Shown: positions 1-12,202 of the stretch, piece after piece
How positions within the stretch are numbered: the stretch's first letter is position 1
Layout of the letters: the number at the start of each line of letters is the position of its first letter
Source: Bugula neritina
Lineage: Eukaryota > Animalia > Bryozoa
Direction of reading: 5' to 3'
Assembly: GCA_964035545.1 (NCBI GenBank)
Contig: CAXIUT010000156.1
Location: forward strand, 1-28,962
DNA: 28,962 bases
Translations under genes and position numbers: made by a program
The notes under the pieces: model-generated
The model's database searches: none
What the model was told of the DNA's origin: nothing
The model's input: only the letters and a program-made list of their open reading frames with translations

Positions 1-90
1 CCCAACCCCAACCCCCAACCCCAAACCCCAACCCCAACCCCAACCCCCAACCCCAACCCCAACCCCAACCCCAACCCCAACCCCAACCCC
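1..90. repeat. Left telomere, (CCCCAA)n
   Basis: Tandem CCCCAA units from base 1 to 90, with a few C5 or A3 length variants, followed abruptly by AT-rich sequence. This is the Tetrahymena-type ciliate telomere repeat. Confidence 0.98.
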
Positions 91-220
91 TAAATCATTC
101 AGTAATTTATATTATAAATATAAAAGATAATGGGATTTAGCTGCCATAAGAATGAAAAAAAAGCATTCAAATAAAGAATGATATTTTTATATTTATTTTG
201 ATAAATTATCATATTGTTGA

Positions 221-3200
221 TCAAATTTATTCTATTTATACTCTTTTTTTATCCAAATCTATAAACTACTATTGTTATCTTTAATACTGATGACGATTGA
301 CTTTAGGACTTGTTAATAAATACTAATTAAAATTTTGTTTCATTTCTAATATTCTTTCATTATCTGTTCTCTATCTATCTTATCGCATGTCACGTTCTTT
401 GATGACGGTTTCGATGATATTTTATCCCATTTTTATTTATTCTGATTTCTTTTTAGTTATTTTTGATGGATCATAAACAGTAAAAAGACCTGTATGGTTG
501 GCAAGATCTTTTATTTATTTTGCTGAATTTTAAGCATTAGACATAGCTGACATATTTTGTTATTTTTTAAGTTTTTAATCTATAGGTTCTTCATCAATTC
601 TCAAATAGTTTCTTTAGAAATACATTATTCCAAAATTAGTAACCAATTGTAAATATAAAAATGCGACAATAGCAATACCTATCCAAGCTGTATTGACATT
701 ATTACTGAGCAAAATACAGGCATAAATTAAAATCAGACTGAGAAAGTTAACTAAATTTCTTAACTTATTGATATAAATATTGCCTACTCCAACAATTACA
801 AACATTACAAGAAAATATCCCATCATTAGCAGTGGATGCACTGAGGTTTGATTCTTTATACTCAGATAAATAAAACTCATTATAAGAGAAACCAACCAAA
901 TACTCGGATAAGCTTTGGGCTTAAAGAGATTTTTTTTAGTATAGTTCAAAATAGGATTCATTTCCTACACCGATTCTCCTCTGAAAAAAGAACGATACGA
1001 AACTATCATCATTAGAACCAGATAGATCACTACAAGGATAATACCGATTCCAGTAGCTATAGTAAAAGATGTCTATGATGTGATTGATAGAGACGCTCCG
1101 AATATAATTAGGTAGCCATTTACAAGCATCCATGCATATGAAAGGTCATAGAGGATAAATCTTTTAGTACGGCTAGCAACAATACCTGGAATCTTTTTGG
1201 ATAAGAGAAGGCAAATCAAAAAGATAATAGCTGGAATAAAAGCATAGACAAAAGCTATGTTATAAACAGCGAAAAGACTATTATTATCCTCAAGCGTAAT
1301 ATTATAAATAAGTACATATTTAAGGTTCAAAATAGGAGCAATTGGTGCTGATATTAACTTCTCACCTGATGCTCCTATCCACACAAGGAGAGTATATGAA
1401 AATATCTCTGTTATATGACTGATAAGTTTTGGATCTGTGATCAAACGGTAGATAGAAGCTATCCAAAGAAGTGCAATATAGATCCAGATCAGAGCTTCTT
1501 CTGCTGTGTACAAATCGAAGTATGTTTAGTCATATGGTGTGAGCTCTGCTCCACTTTAATCAACCATTGGAATAGCACTTGTTGTGTCGATAGTCGATAA
1601 ACGAATATTTAGCAGATCTGATGAACTGACTGCTCGTAGAAGGTTCAAATTGATGTTCATTGTACCTCGATTGAGAGAGTAGCTTACCAGTTAAACAGAG
1701 CCTTAGAGACTAGTAATACTGGGTGTAGTTGTATAAGGAGGTACTGGACTTAATTCCATAGTAACAGTAATTGAATTAGAGTTAGAATCTTTATTTAATC
1801 TTTGAGAAGTGATCGAATATCCTGAATTTGATGTACAAACACTTGGTGCTTGACTATTATCACAGGTAAAGCCAGTTTAGACTGTACAAGTACTTGAGCA
1901 ACCATCTCCTCCTAGAGTATCAGAATCATCGCACTATTTAGTAGTCACTGTAGGCATAACTCCATTTCCACATATTTCTGTACAAGTAGCAGTACTATTA
2001 GAAGCCTGATAATTATCAGGACACACACATTAAGAATTAACCAAAACTCTATCATTGACATTATTTGTAGTACTACATGAAGTGCAAGTTGTTGATGAAT
2101 TTTAACAAGTCAAACAGGGTGATATACAAGTAATAGAGGATACTACACAAACAGCAACTCCATTATCTAAGAAACCAGTACCACATAAACACTGTGTAGT
2201 TGATTAAACAAAGACTCGAAAGTGATTAGTAGTATCACAACTTGTACAATTAGATGATGAGGAATTGCAAGTCAAACAGGTGTAATCACATGATGCACAA
2301 GTTTGAGTATTATTACCAATATCATAAAATCCTGTACTACATAAACACTAATTGCTAGTTAGAGTTCTAGAAGAATCACAACTAGTGCAATTAGATGAGG
2401 CTGAAACACAAGTGAGACATGTATAATCACAAATACTACATGCAATTACTCCACTATCATAAAATCCAACATCACATGCACATTCATTCGTCGAAGTATT
2501 AAGAGTTCTATTCGAATTATCTGGACAAGTCAAACATGAAATACCATCGACCTAACAAGTAAGACAAGTATAACTACATAGCACACAGTAATCAATCGAT
2601 GAATTAGTTGCATATCCTGAAGGACAAACATCGTAACAAAGTTGCTGTTCTAGAACGAATTTGTTAAATGAAGCTGGAGTTCTGCATTGTCTTTCACGCC
2701 AGTGAATAGCTCTCTCTTCGATATAGAGATACTAAGTGGCTGTAACGAAGTTGTTAGCCGAGTTTATTGCAAAGTTAGGATCAAAAGAACTATCAACTCG
2801 GAAAGCATGGATTCCTAAAATATAATTGAAGTAGTTGAAAGAAGGAGGTGCGAAAGTGCTAGTAGGAACAGCTTAATTCTGATTGACTATATATGTTCCT
2901 GTATCAAAAAAGAATGTATAAGTTGATTCCATCAAAGTTTTATCTATGACAAATGTTGCAATTTCCATTCTTTTGAGGTTAGAATTACTGCTGATATTTA
3001 GATCATAAGTATTGCTACTAGTCATAGCAGCAGCCACAAAAAATGAATATTAATACGATGTTGATATATAGAACGACATTGGATAAGGCATCACTATTGC
3101 ATTACTAAAATCACTAATACTTTAACTAATTGAATACGATGTGATATTTGAAACTCCTGAGGTATCGTTGAAAAATCCATCGGTATTAACTGAATAAGCG

Positions 3201-3619
3201 TATAAGTAGCTTGCAAATACCTGAGTAAGGTCAAGACCTATGTAATGATAGTACAGCAATGAGAAAGTATTTGATGATAATAAGGTCAAAGTAGTTGTGA
3301 ACTGTGTTGTTGTTATTGATCCGATTGAGCAAAGAAAATTTATTTCATTAGTTGTTACAGAAGTATTGGTCGTTGTTCCTTGGACTTGGAAATCTCTAAG
3401 AGAAATAGCTATAGAAGGTAGATTGGTGAAGGTAAGGAAGAATGGTTGGATATAGTTGATATCTGTACTAGTTGGACCGGCTGTCGTAGTTGTTAGTAGT
3501 TTGTGATCTCCACTTTTCATGGTAAGCATGAGAGGATAGTTGGCGAGTTCAGTTGCACAGAAAGTTGACATAATCAAGAATGAAAGAAGGATGATATGAT
3601 TCAGTTCCTTTTTATTCAT
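221..3619 (-). CDS. Cys-rich multi-pass surface membrane protein, about 1132 aa, intronless
   Basis: ORF-track pieces 3122-3619, 2348-2533, 1073-1513 and 614-961 share one frame and join when TAA/TAG are sense; the first in-frame TGA is at 223-221. It has an N-terminal signal peptide (MNKKELNHIILLSFLIMSTFC), a possible H-lectin-like region, furin-like CxxCxxxCxxC repeats, a Myxococcus-type Cys repeat (CGNG...CDD...GDGCSSTC.V.TGFTC), several hydrophobic TM helices and a charged tail. Confidence 0.85.
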
Positions 3620-3771
3620 GTTGGGTTAAATATGAAATATAATTTCCTTAGAATTAATCAGATAATTAATGTAATGATTGATTTAGATAAAACCAAATCA
3701 AATGTTTCAATATAAAAATTATCAAAAATAGTTATCTAATCTTATTTGATTATTTAGAGTTTATCTTAAAT

Positions 3772-3797
3772 ATTCTAAGCTATAATTTAAATTTGAA
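3772..3797 (+). promoter_or_regulatory. 26-nt upstream element ATTCTAAGCTATAATTTAAATTTGAA, directly before the ATG of paralog 1
   Basis: An identical 26-mer lies at 4326-4351 before paralog 2. The core TAAGCTATA also occurs about 15-23 nt before the paralog 3 ATG. A regulatory role is inferred. Confidence 0.55.
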
Positions 3798-4265
3798 ATG
3801 GGGAATAGCAATATCAGATGCCTTGATTCAGACTGTATTCATGATTGCTGCGACCAAAGTGGATACTGCCCGAGTTCTAGCTCAGGATGTGTCCATTATT
3901 ACTCTTTGAGTACTCAAGCTATCGCAGGGATAGTCATGGGATGTATTTTCTTCGTTATTTGTCTTTTAATTATACTAAGCTATTGCAAAAATAGACTAAA
4001 TCCAAATCAAGGAAATATCGATCCTCCTCAAAACACAAACATTTAGGTTAACGCTAATCCTGATTCAAACTACAACACAAACTATAATCCAAACTATAAT
4101 GTCCACTACAACAACCCGAATGAGGCCTTTAATCCTGCCAATCCATCGATAAACAATAACTATCAACAAAACTACAACCAATAACAACCGGTTTATTATG
4201 CAGAACCACCGACATAAAACAATACTTATGGTCAGCCCTGCTATGTCAATAATGGAAGTTAATGA
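3798..4265 (+). CDS. Small Cys-rich single-pass membrane protein with P/N/Q/Y-rich tail (Shisa/WBP1/VOPP1-like architecture), paralog 1, 155 aa
   Basis: ATG at 3798 and TGA at 4263-4265, reading through TAG/TAA. Begins MGNSNIRCLDSDCIHDCCDQSGYCPSSSSGCVHYY, then one TM helix and a low-complexity tail. Confidence 0.85.
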
Positions 4266-4351
4266 TCTTACAGATAAATATCTCAAATATATTTTTATAT
4301 TTCTCTTTTTTATATAGATTATAAAATTCTAAGCTATAATTTAAATTTGAA

Positions 4352-4804
4352 ATGGGGAGTAGCAATATCAGATGCTCTGATTCAGACTGTATTTATGATT
4401 GCTGCAACTAAAATGGATACTGTCCAAGTTCTAGTTCAGGATGTGTCCATTATTACTCTTTGAATACTTAAGCTATAGCAGGAATAGTCATGGGATGTGT
4501 ATTTTTCGTATATTGTCTTACGTTTATCATCTGCTTTTGCAAAAAAAGACTAGAACTCAGTTCAGCAAATATTCCTCCTCCTCAAAATACGACCAATTAG
4601 ATCTACGTTAACGCTAACTCTAACTCTAACGCCAACTATTATAACCCTAACTAGGCCTTTAACCCAGCCAATCCATCTCCAAATAACAATTATCAACAAA
4701 ATAACCACTACAACCAACAACAATAACCAATCTATTATGCATAGCCGCCAGCCTACAACAATACATATGGTCAACCCAGTTCAGCTAACTATGGAGCTTA
4801 TTGA
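4352..4804 (+). CDS. Cys-rich single-pass membrane protein, paralog 2, 150 aa (missed by the ORF track)
   Basis: ATG at 4352 and TGA at 4802-4804. Colinear with paralog 1 (MGSSNIRCSDSDCIYDCC..GYCPSSSSGCVHYY). Contains a PPAY (PPxY) motif at 4745-4756. Confidence 0.85.
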
Positions 4805-4951
4805 TTTTATAAACAATATTCACATATATATCAATACATTGTCTTTTTTTTATTTTATTACTCTTAAATCAATCTTTTTTTCTCATATTTTGCAACTGTT
4901 ATTGATATTGTTCTATCATACTTGGTAATAAGCTATATTTTTAAATCAAAC

Positions 4952-5419
4952 ATGGGTAGTAGCAATGAAAATTGTATCGAGAATGACTGTTTCCATGATT
5001 GCTGTAATGCGAGAGGATATTGTCCAAGCTCTAGCTCAGGATGCGTCCATCACTATGAGACCTCAACCGCAGGAATGATTGTTGGAATCGTCTTTGGACT
5101 TCTGTTCATAGCATTCATTATTTTTTTAATCGTCTTTTGTTGCAAAAGACGCCAAGACAGGAGAAATGCTGCTGCTGGATACCCACCCCCACCTGTCACT
5201 AACAACTAAATGTATCCTCAACCTGGCTACAATAACTCTCCACCTTTTAACCCAGCTCAACCTAATCAATTCAACCAACCTTACGTCCAAGGACAACCCA
5301 ATCAATTCAACCAACCGTATAATCAAGGACAGCCCAATCCTGTCAACCAACCCAACTACAATCAAGGACCGAACTATTTCGATAACAATCCCAATAACAA
5401 CAATAACTATGCTTATTGA
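4952..5419 (+). CDS. Cys-rich single-pass membrane protein, paralog 3, 155 aa
   Basis: ATG at 4952 and TGA at 5417-5419; joins track ORFs 4922-5209 and 5210-5419 across one TAA. Same Cys pattern, a TM helix followed by CCKRR, then GYPPPP and a QPNQFN repeat tail. Confidence 0.85.
5258..5368 (+). repeat. About three copies of a 36-nt coding tandem repeat (QPNQFNQPY[V/N]QG)
   Basis: Units at 5258-5293 and 5294-5329 plus a degenerate unit at 5330-5368, inside paralog 3. Confidence 0.8.
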
Positions 5420-5502
5420 TTCATCATCATTTCTGGAATACATTAAACAACCATTAATAATTATTCAATCTCTTAATAATGATGATTATTTGCTATTTTT
5501 GA

Positions 5503-8500
5503 TCAATAAGTAAGGTCTTCAATGACTTACTCCTCAATCTCTTGCTTTTTCTTGGTCTGAATACCCAGCTTTTTATAAACATTGTCAATCTAAATAACTA
5601 AGTTAATACAATTTATTTATCGATATAAGGAGTTATGATAATTCCACATTCTTTCATCTCTTTTAACTTCTCAAAACACTTCTGGAATTCTCCCATTTCA
5701 TAATAATATTCGATAATAATAGCGAATAAGTCTCCTCTTCTGACTGATTGCTCAATATCAGGCTTTATTAATAATATATTACCTCATGTAACATTTTAAG
5801 ACAACCATTAACCATTTAATTTGGATTACTTTAAGCCAAATCTTTGAGTTAGATAAACTGCTGAATCAAATCTTTTTTATGATTTAAAGTCTGAATTCTA
5901 AACTATTTGTCATTTGATGATGATTTAGTCATATGTTTTATTGATTCTTTCACAGCTGATGAAGCCTTTTAATAGTCTCGATACTCATCTATTTCTACAT
6001 TAGCACAAGCCTCAAAGAAACTTGATAAATTCTAAAATGCTTTAGCTTTCTGATAAAACATGATGATATTTTTCATTAACTCTGGATTTTGATGCCAATC
6101 TGCTGTTTGAAGGAAGTTTGCAGCCAAAACATAAGTATCTGAACTTCTAGCTGTGTTGGCAAAAGTGATAACTTTAGTAGGATCTCCAAGTTAAATCAAA
6201 CATTTAAGAGAAGTGATTTTATCTCCTACTTTCAAATATAAATTAGATGCTGTTTCAAAACTTCCCTGTTTTCTACATTTCTCAGCTACTGTCTTAATTA
6301 GCTCATTACGCTTGTTCTTTTCCATTGCGTTTGAAGGTTCATCATCAGGAATGATTTTTTTAATCAAATCATCTTGAATAGGCACATTTTGCTGAATACA
6401 AATATCTAAAGCTCTTTCATACTGTTTAGAATTGATCAGTAAAGGAACAGCTCTTTCAAATTTATTTGCCTCAAGAAGCGCAGATATCTTAGTGTTTATT
6501 GCTTATTTATCACCTCCTTCAATAAGGTCCATTTCATCTGCTGAGTCATCTTCTTCAACTTTATTTGTAATCAACTCACTAAATCCATTTTTTTCAGCAA
6601 GAGCGTTCGATTTTTTTATTGCTCCTGCTTTAATATAAAGTCTAATAGCTTTCTCAACGAGTCCTTTCTTTTCAAAGTATGAAGCTGAACGAAAAGCTAC
6701 TTCTTTAGGACTCGACATACTTAGACTCATAATTTCTCCATCTAATTCGTTAGTTATTGCAATCTTTATCGCTTGTGAAAAATATTGAGCTTTAGCATAA
6801 AAATGAATAGCCTAACTTAGCATGTTTGTCTTTTCAAGATGTCTTGCTAAAAGGAAACAAGCTTGAGGTTAACTATCTGATTAACAGATTCTTATTGATT
6901 AATTAACTTGATTTTGAGAGAGGAAGAGTCGAACTAAATTTGAAGATGATTATCCTTCTTAATAGTATTTAATAGCTTCTGATAAATTTCCAATAGATTC
7001 ATTATATTGACCTAACCAAGTGGAAAGTTTTTTATCTTTCTTGCTTTCGATATATTAAGTAAGTTCTCTAATTTTTCCAGCTTCTGTGAACATTCTGGGA
7101 ACTTCCTTAATATGAGTGTTTGACTTTTAATAATACTCAATAGCTTATTAAAATCTTCCGGAAGCTTCATAAAATTTAGCTGCATTATAGAAGGTATTTT
7201 TTAAGTTGATTCTATCATATTTTTCAGATATTTCGATAGATTTTTATATTTATCCATTACTTTGGGCAATCTTGGTGTAAAGATCATATCGATTGCTATT
7301 TTCATAAAGATTTTTAGCTTCATCGACCATTCCTAACTGAATGGCAACCATAGCTAGCTGAGTCTCAATTTAAGGTTCTTTCTTTGCCTAACGAATACTT
7401 CTAGCTCCTCTTGCGAACTTCATATTTCCAATACAGATTTAAGCCACATCTAATCTTTTACATTTGACACACATAATAGCCATTTTTTACCAGATAGCTG
7501 AATTTTGAATATTTTTAACACTTTTGTATGCCTCATCAATATTTCCTGCAGTCAGATGGAAAGAAAAGTTTAAAATAGAATTTTTAATGACTTAGTCATC
7601 ATGGTTTATCTTTTGGAAGTCATGCAAAGTTGTTTTTTTGATTTGATAGTCACCTTTCATACGCTATACTGCATAGAAATAAGGTATCTTCAAAGCAAAA
7701 ATATCTATTGCTGATGATTTAAGTACAAATTTATCTTGAGGTCTGATTCCAGTCTCATTAGTATAAAAGAAAGTGAGGAATTATCTGTTTGAAGGCTTTG
7801 ATTCTTCTTAATCATCTTCTTGTTCGGTATCATTTTCCTAATCTTCTTCTTCACTTTAATCACCTTTTGTTTATTATCCTTTAGATATTTCTGTTTTAGA
7901 AGTTTAAACTTGAACTCCAAAGTATCTCATTTCTTTTTTATCCCAATAGAATGCAATAGGAATATGATCGTTTCCTAAATTATAGCCAATAAAAGCATCA
8001 GTATCGATATCATAAATATGAAAACTGTGATTGACTGATGATCCTATATTTGAAGCACTGTTTGAAATTATTCCAACTTTTTTTCCTGTAGAGTTAATAG
8101 AACAACTCTTAATATGACCAATTAGAGATGTTGAGTCTTCAAATCTTCTTGATTGTCCTACTTGTTTAATCTAGTTTCCAATTGAAAAAACTCTGATGTA
8201 TGACTATTGAGTCCAAGTGATAATGAAGTTATGCATAATTTCAAGTCCACTTACTTTTCCTTAACTTTCAGGGAAGACCAAAGTTTGTTTTATTTGACCT
8301 GTTAAATTTAACATATTAAAACCATAGTCTGTAGTAATAATAAAAGAATCCTTTGAGACAAAGAGACATCTTAGAGCTTTTTGTTCTATTGAAGAGATAC
8401 TAACGATTGTAAGGTTAATACTTTTGCTGATTTCCAATATTTATATTTTTTTACTTGTCCAATAAAGTAATTTATCAGCTATAATATCGAATCCTTTGAT

Positions 8501-9753
8501 ATGCCCTGAAGTAGTGAACATCTATGACATTTTTTATTTGCTATCTTCATAAGAAACTTCGATTTTATCAGTTCCTTTCAAAATAGCTTTATAATTTCCA
8601 GACATCTTAGCTGATATTTTTGTCTAACTTACAATAATAACTTCTCCATCACTTTGTTTACATACTATAACACCATTATTTCTACCAACTGTAAGTGTTT
8701 GAATTTGTCTTCCTAAAGTAAGAATCGGCTGAGGAGACCACTGATCTTTATCAACAGGTGAATCTGTTCCAAGAGCCATATTTTTCCAGAACATCAACTT
8801 TCCTTCCCTAGTACCTGCAACAAGAGATCTTCCTCTGCCATCATAAACTATACTTGATATTTTATCGGTTGCCATATTTGAAGCCATAACATCTGTATTC
8901 AAAACATCAAAAACTGTGAGATTATAATTTTAGTCTTGTTCAAGATGCCAGAATCGGATCATGTTTTAATTAGAACAAGTTGAAAGAAGACTCTCTCCAA
9001 TCCATATAGAATTCAAATTTTAAGGCTCGCCTGATATCGACAGTTTCACTTTTTTTTAAGGCACAGATTTTTAAGTAAAGTTAATCCTGAATTGAACCAA
9101 AAGCAAGTTAGATGTAATCACAATAGCTGATCCTTACTTTTGATAAAACATCAAAGCCTTAATTGTTCCACCAACTCTGCACACATCTGAACACATGTTC
9201 ATGTCATTAGCTAAACAGACAGTTCCTGATCGTCCTGCAAAAAGGAAAAGGTTGCCAAGATTGGCTTTAATACCTTCAATGTTAAGATCACAGAAGACAC
9301 AGTGAGTTATCGCCCATTATTTTTGATAGACAGCTAGAAGATTAATTCCTCTCCAGACACCAATAGTCCCAGTAAGATCGCTTGTAACCATTCTATTTCC
9401 TGTTGGATTAAATCTGATCATCATGATAGGGTCTGAATGTGGTTTTCCTTATTCTTTTGGAGCTTTTGTATCCTCATTCCAAATAGTGATACGGCCTAAG
9501 TCAACAAATAAATACCGTTATCCCATCCAATAGCAAGGATAGCATTAAAGGGATGCCACTCAATGCAGGTGGGGGTAATAGAACGAGAGAGTTCGTATTG
9601 ATGCTTGTCTCCACTTTAGTTGAAGAGATGTATTTTGTTGGAAGTAGTGATAGCGATAGTGGGATTGATAGGCACATTAGAAACGGCAATACGAATGATA
9701 CGCTCATGATTGCTTTTGAGATCTTTGATCTCAGTTTTTGAAAAGAAACTCAT
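5503..9753 (-). CDS. IFT140: Intraflagellar transport protein 140 (IFT-A; WD40 + TPR), 1396 aa, three 20-nt introns
   Basis: Motifs WHP..AIGW, IRFWHLEQD(E)NY, NFSFHLTAGNIDEAYKSVK, KRLDVA(E)ICIGNM.FARGA, EVPRM, AANFLQTADW and ACANVEIDEYRDY match IFT140. Introns lie at 9496-9515, 5763-5782 and 5590-5609. The spliced length of 4191 nt is divisible by 3 and ends in TGA. Confidence 0.95.
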
Positions 9754-9794
9754 AAAATAAATGATATTTGAAATTTTAAAAATTGCTATTTAAA

Positions 9795-10628
9795 TCATTT
9801 ATGACTTCCCTAAATAAAATCAGAAAATAATTCACTTAATATTATTATATTTACTATTTACCAGGACCTGGTGTTGATTTTGCTGCTGATGCAGGTCGAA
9901 ATCTCTCTTATTTACCCATTATTATACCTTTACCTGACTTTCCTAGATTTTTTTCCCCATTTCTCGATATATATCCTTCAGCCTCAATCACTATATCTCA
10001 AATAAATTACTCGATGATTTCATTGTTCTATTATCCTCAGGCATTTAGGTTAAAGTTCTACGACTCCTTCTGTCATCTTGAGCAACAATTTTAAATCCTC
10101 CAGAACTTTTCATTTTAGATTATACTTTGTTACTATCCAGGAGAGTTGATTCGAAATTATATTTTGGACCTGGACTAACCGACTAATAACAACTTTTAGC
10201 TTTTCCACTCATATGAGTATATCTTCCTGAAGAAGGAACTCTAGGATTGTATTTTCCAGGTCCTGGATAATTGATAGTTGTATTATAAAAAACTGAACTT
10301 GCAATACATTTCTAAATTTGATGATAACTACATCTCTTCCAGGAGCAAATATTATTTGATTATTGTCTTTATTTTTAACTTGAGGATTATAACAATCTGG
10401 CGATGGCCCTTCTTTTTATTTATTCTTCTGGAAATCTCGTAAAGCTCGAGTAATAACTCCTCCTTTCTTAGAAAATTGTGAAGGAAGATTATAGAATGAA
10501 TCAGTCGCATATTGTTTTCTATTTTTTTGTTTGAACCTTTTTTATCTGCCAAAAGAATACTGATATTTAGAACTAGAATTATTACATACATTTGTCAATG
10601 TTCTTTGTGCTTTTTCAGATGACTTCAT
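9795..10628 (-). CDS. ODF3/SHIPPO (PGPG-repeat) axonemal protein, 257 aa, three 20-nt introns
   Basis: Repeats GPSPDCYNP, YPGPGKYNP, SPGPKYN and TPGPGKYELFSDF, plus YSFGR..RF. Introns lie at 10312-10331, 9991-10010 and 9835-9854. Spliced length is 774 nt, with TGA at 9797-9795. Confidence 0.8.
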
Positions 10629-10786
10629 AAATAAAATATAGATAAAACAAATAAATATACAAAAGAATATTAGATAATCAAATTTATTATTAATTTTATC
10701 AACTATATATATTTTTAGACTATTAATTTACAGCTTTTCATGTGTCATAATAGAATTTATATATCATAGAAAAACTAAAAGAATAA

Positions 10787-12123
10787 ATGTATATTTTACC
10801 TTATTAAGGAAATAAGACAAGCCAGAAGAAATCTATCAGAACTCTTTCGATTACAACTAGTTCGTAATTCACAATTAAGCACCTAAAAGTTACTAAGAAG
10901 AATTTCCATCATCTGATCATATCATGGTACTCATATTATAACCTAGTTTATAGACAATCCAATTATGAAAGTCTTTTGTCATGATTGCAAAAAGGAAATC
11001 AATAAAAGCACTTCTATTTTAACAAAAAATGGGATCTATCGATGCGTTGTTTGCTTTGCCAAAATTTAACATAACTAATAACCTTTCCAAGTGTTTAAAA
11101 GTTTAACTTATTCACTTATTGATCCTAGTTGGAAAGCTTTCCACTAAATTATTTTCCTCAACTTTCTTGAAAAGTAAAAACATATTCATCTAGATTAGGA
11201 GTTGGCAACTGGAAATAAATTAAAGATCAAATGGACTTTTATGGAGCTAAATATAAAGAATAAGAACTATAAGATCATTATTATAACTATTATCTATCTT
11301 CCTAAGACTTTTTACCAGTTATTCTTTTATAATATAGAAGTTTTTAAATAACGACTCTTTCTTCTAAAAAAGAATTGATCCTATTCAACCTTCCAAGAAT
11401 CTTTCAGTCAATCCAACTTCAATTGCATCTCTAACAACAACACATAACCAACAAGATCAGTACTGTTAGTAAATAGACTATTTTTATGCGAATCATGCCA
11501 ATTATTCAAATAGATAAATCTCTTAAATAGAAAGCTATAATTAGAAAAGAAATGAATTTGATCAAGAGTATGATCCTAATGCTGAAATGGCACTGGCTAA
11601 CTTGGAATTTCGAGATGATGATAGTTAAGAAGAGATAGCTATAAAATTTAAAATTATCGAAGCATATAATCGAAGGTTAGAACAAAGAAATCATGTGAAA
11701 CATTTTGTACTTGAACATCGATTACTTGAAGATAATTATCAAGAATATATGGATAAATATAGAAATGAACATTAAAAAGAAGCTTTTGAGGAACTTAAAC
11801 CCATTGCTAGATTTATGAATTTGAAATAACATAATCATTTGATTAGAAAAGTTGCTTTTACAAAGCAATTAAAGTCGATTGTAGAAGGCCTTAGAAACTT
11901 CAGAAGATCTCATCCTACTAATTTCAAAAGTTTAGACTAGTTTATTAGCTCTCAACCAGAATCTAAACCTAAAAAGAAACTTCGTATCGATGAAACCATA
12001 AAAACAGGAAAAAAAGTAGATTAAATGCTATAAAAAAATTTCAAACTAAGCAAAAAAGATCTTGAGACTGTAATTAATAATTTACCTGCAAATGGGAAAA
12101 AAAACTATCTTTAAAAATTGTGA
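10787..12123 (+). CDS. ADA2: Transcriptional adaptor ADA2 (SAGA): degenerate ZZ finger, SANT and ADA2 middle domain, about 418 aa, four 20-nt introns
   Basis: Motifs KVFCHDC...CVVCF, SANT-like W..(E)..FL..LE..GVGNW..I...HY..YY and RNEFDQEYDPNAE..LA.LEF..DD..E..IKFKIIEAYNRRL..R. Introns lie at 10789-10808 (tentative; splits the ATG), 10927-10946, 11174-11193 and 11318-11337. TGA is at 12121-12123. The start position is uncertain. Confidence 0.85.
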
Positions 12124-12202
12124 AATAGTTCTTCTTGAAAGTCGTTCTTGATCAATGATAGTTTTATATCATACAAAACGTTATATATTTTTATTAATAA
12201 TT

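Noticed and set aside
1-60. Variant telomere units (CCCCCAA, CCCCAAA)
   Set aside because: These are homopolymer-length changes at the contig edge and the other two arrays are perfect, so sequencing error is the likely cause.
91-220. Conserved subtelomeric motif or small RNA gene at the chromosome ends
   Set aside because: Comparing the three telomere-adjacent sequences (from 91, 27860 and 28873) showed only AT richness, and I recognised no tRNA cloverleaf.
888-900. AAACCAACC, resembling the core of the Tetrahymena chromosome breakage sequence
   Set aside because: It lacks the following YC of the Cbs, lies inside coding sequence, and a Cbs is not retained in macronuclear DNA.
3772-5419. CRISPR-like or mobile-element interpretation of the repeated blocks
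   Set aside because: The repeats are whole-gene tandem duplications and coding repeats. I saw no spacer array, terminal inverted repeats, transposase or reverse transcriptase anywhere in the window.
6191-6193. Split code with UAA=Lys and UAG=Glu (one TAA in LI-TAA-LGD aligns with Lys of human LLKSGD)
   Set aside because: It is an isolated site; many more TAA codons sit at invariant Glu positions (GKxETTKD, WIEN, YGYEY, WENM, YETY).
5503-9753. Standard ciliate code (table 6, UAR=Gln)
   Set aside because: This was my first assumption from the C4A2 telomeres, but UAR falls repeatedly on invariant Glu positions, while conserved Gln positions in IFT140 and VPS26C use CAA/CAG.
9754-9797. Read-through fusion of the ODF3-like gene into IFT140
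   Set aside because: After the last intron the ODF3-like frame ends at the TGA at 9797-9795, upstream of the IFT140 ATG.
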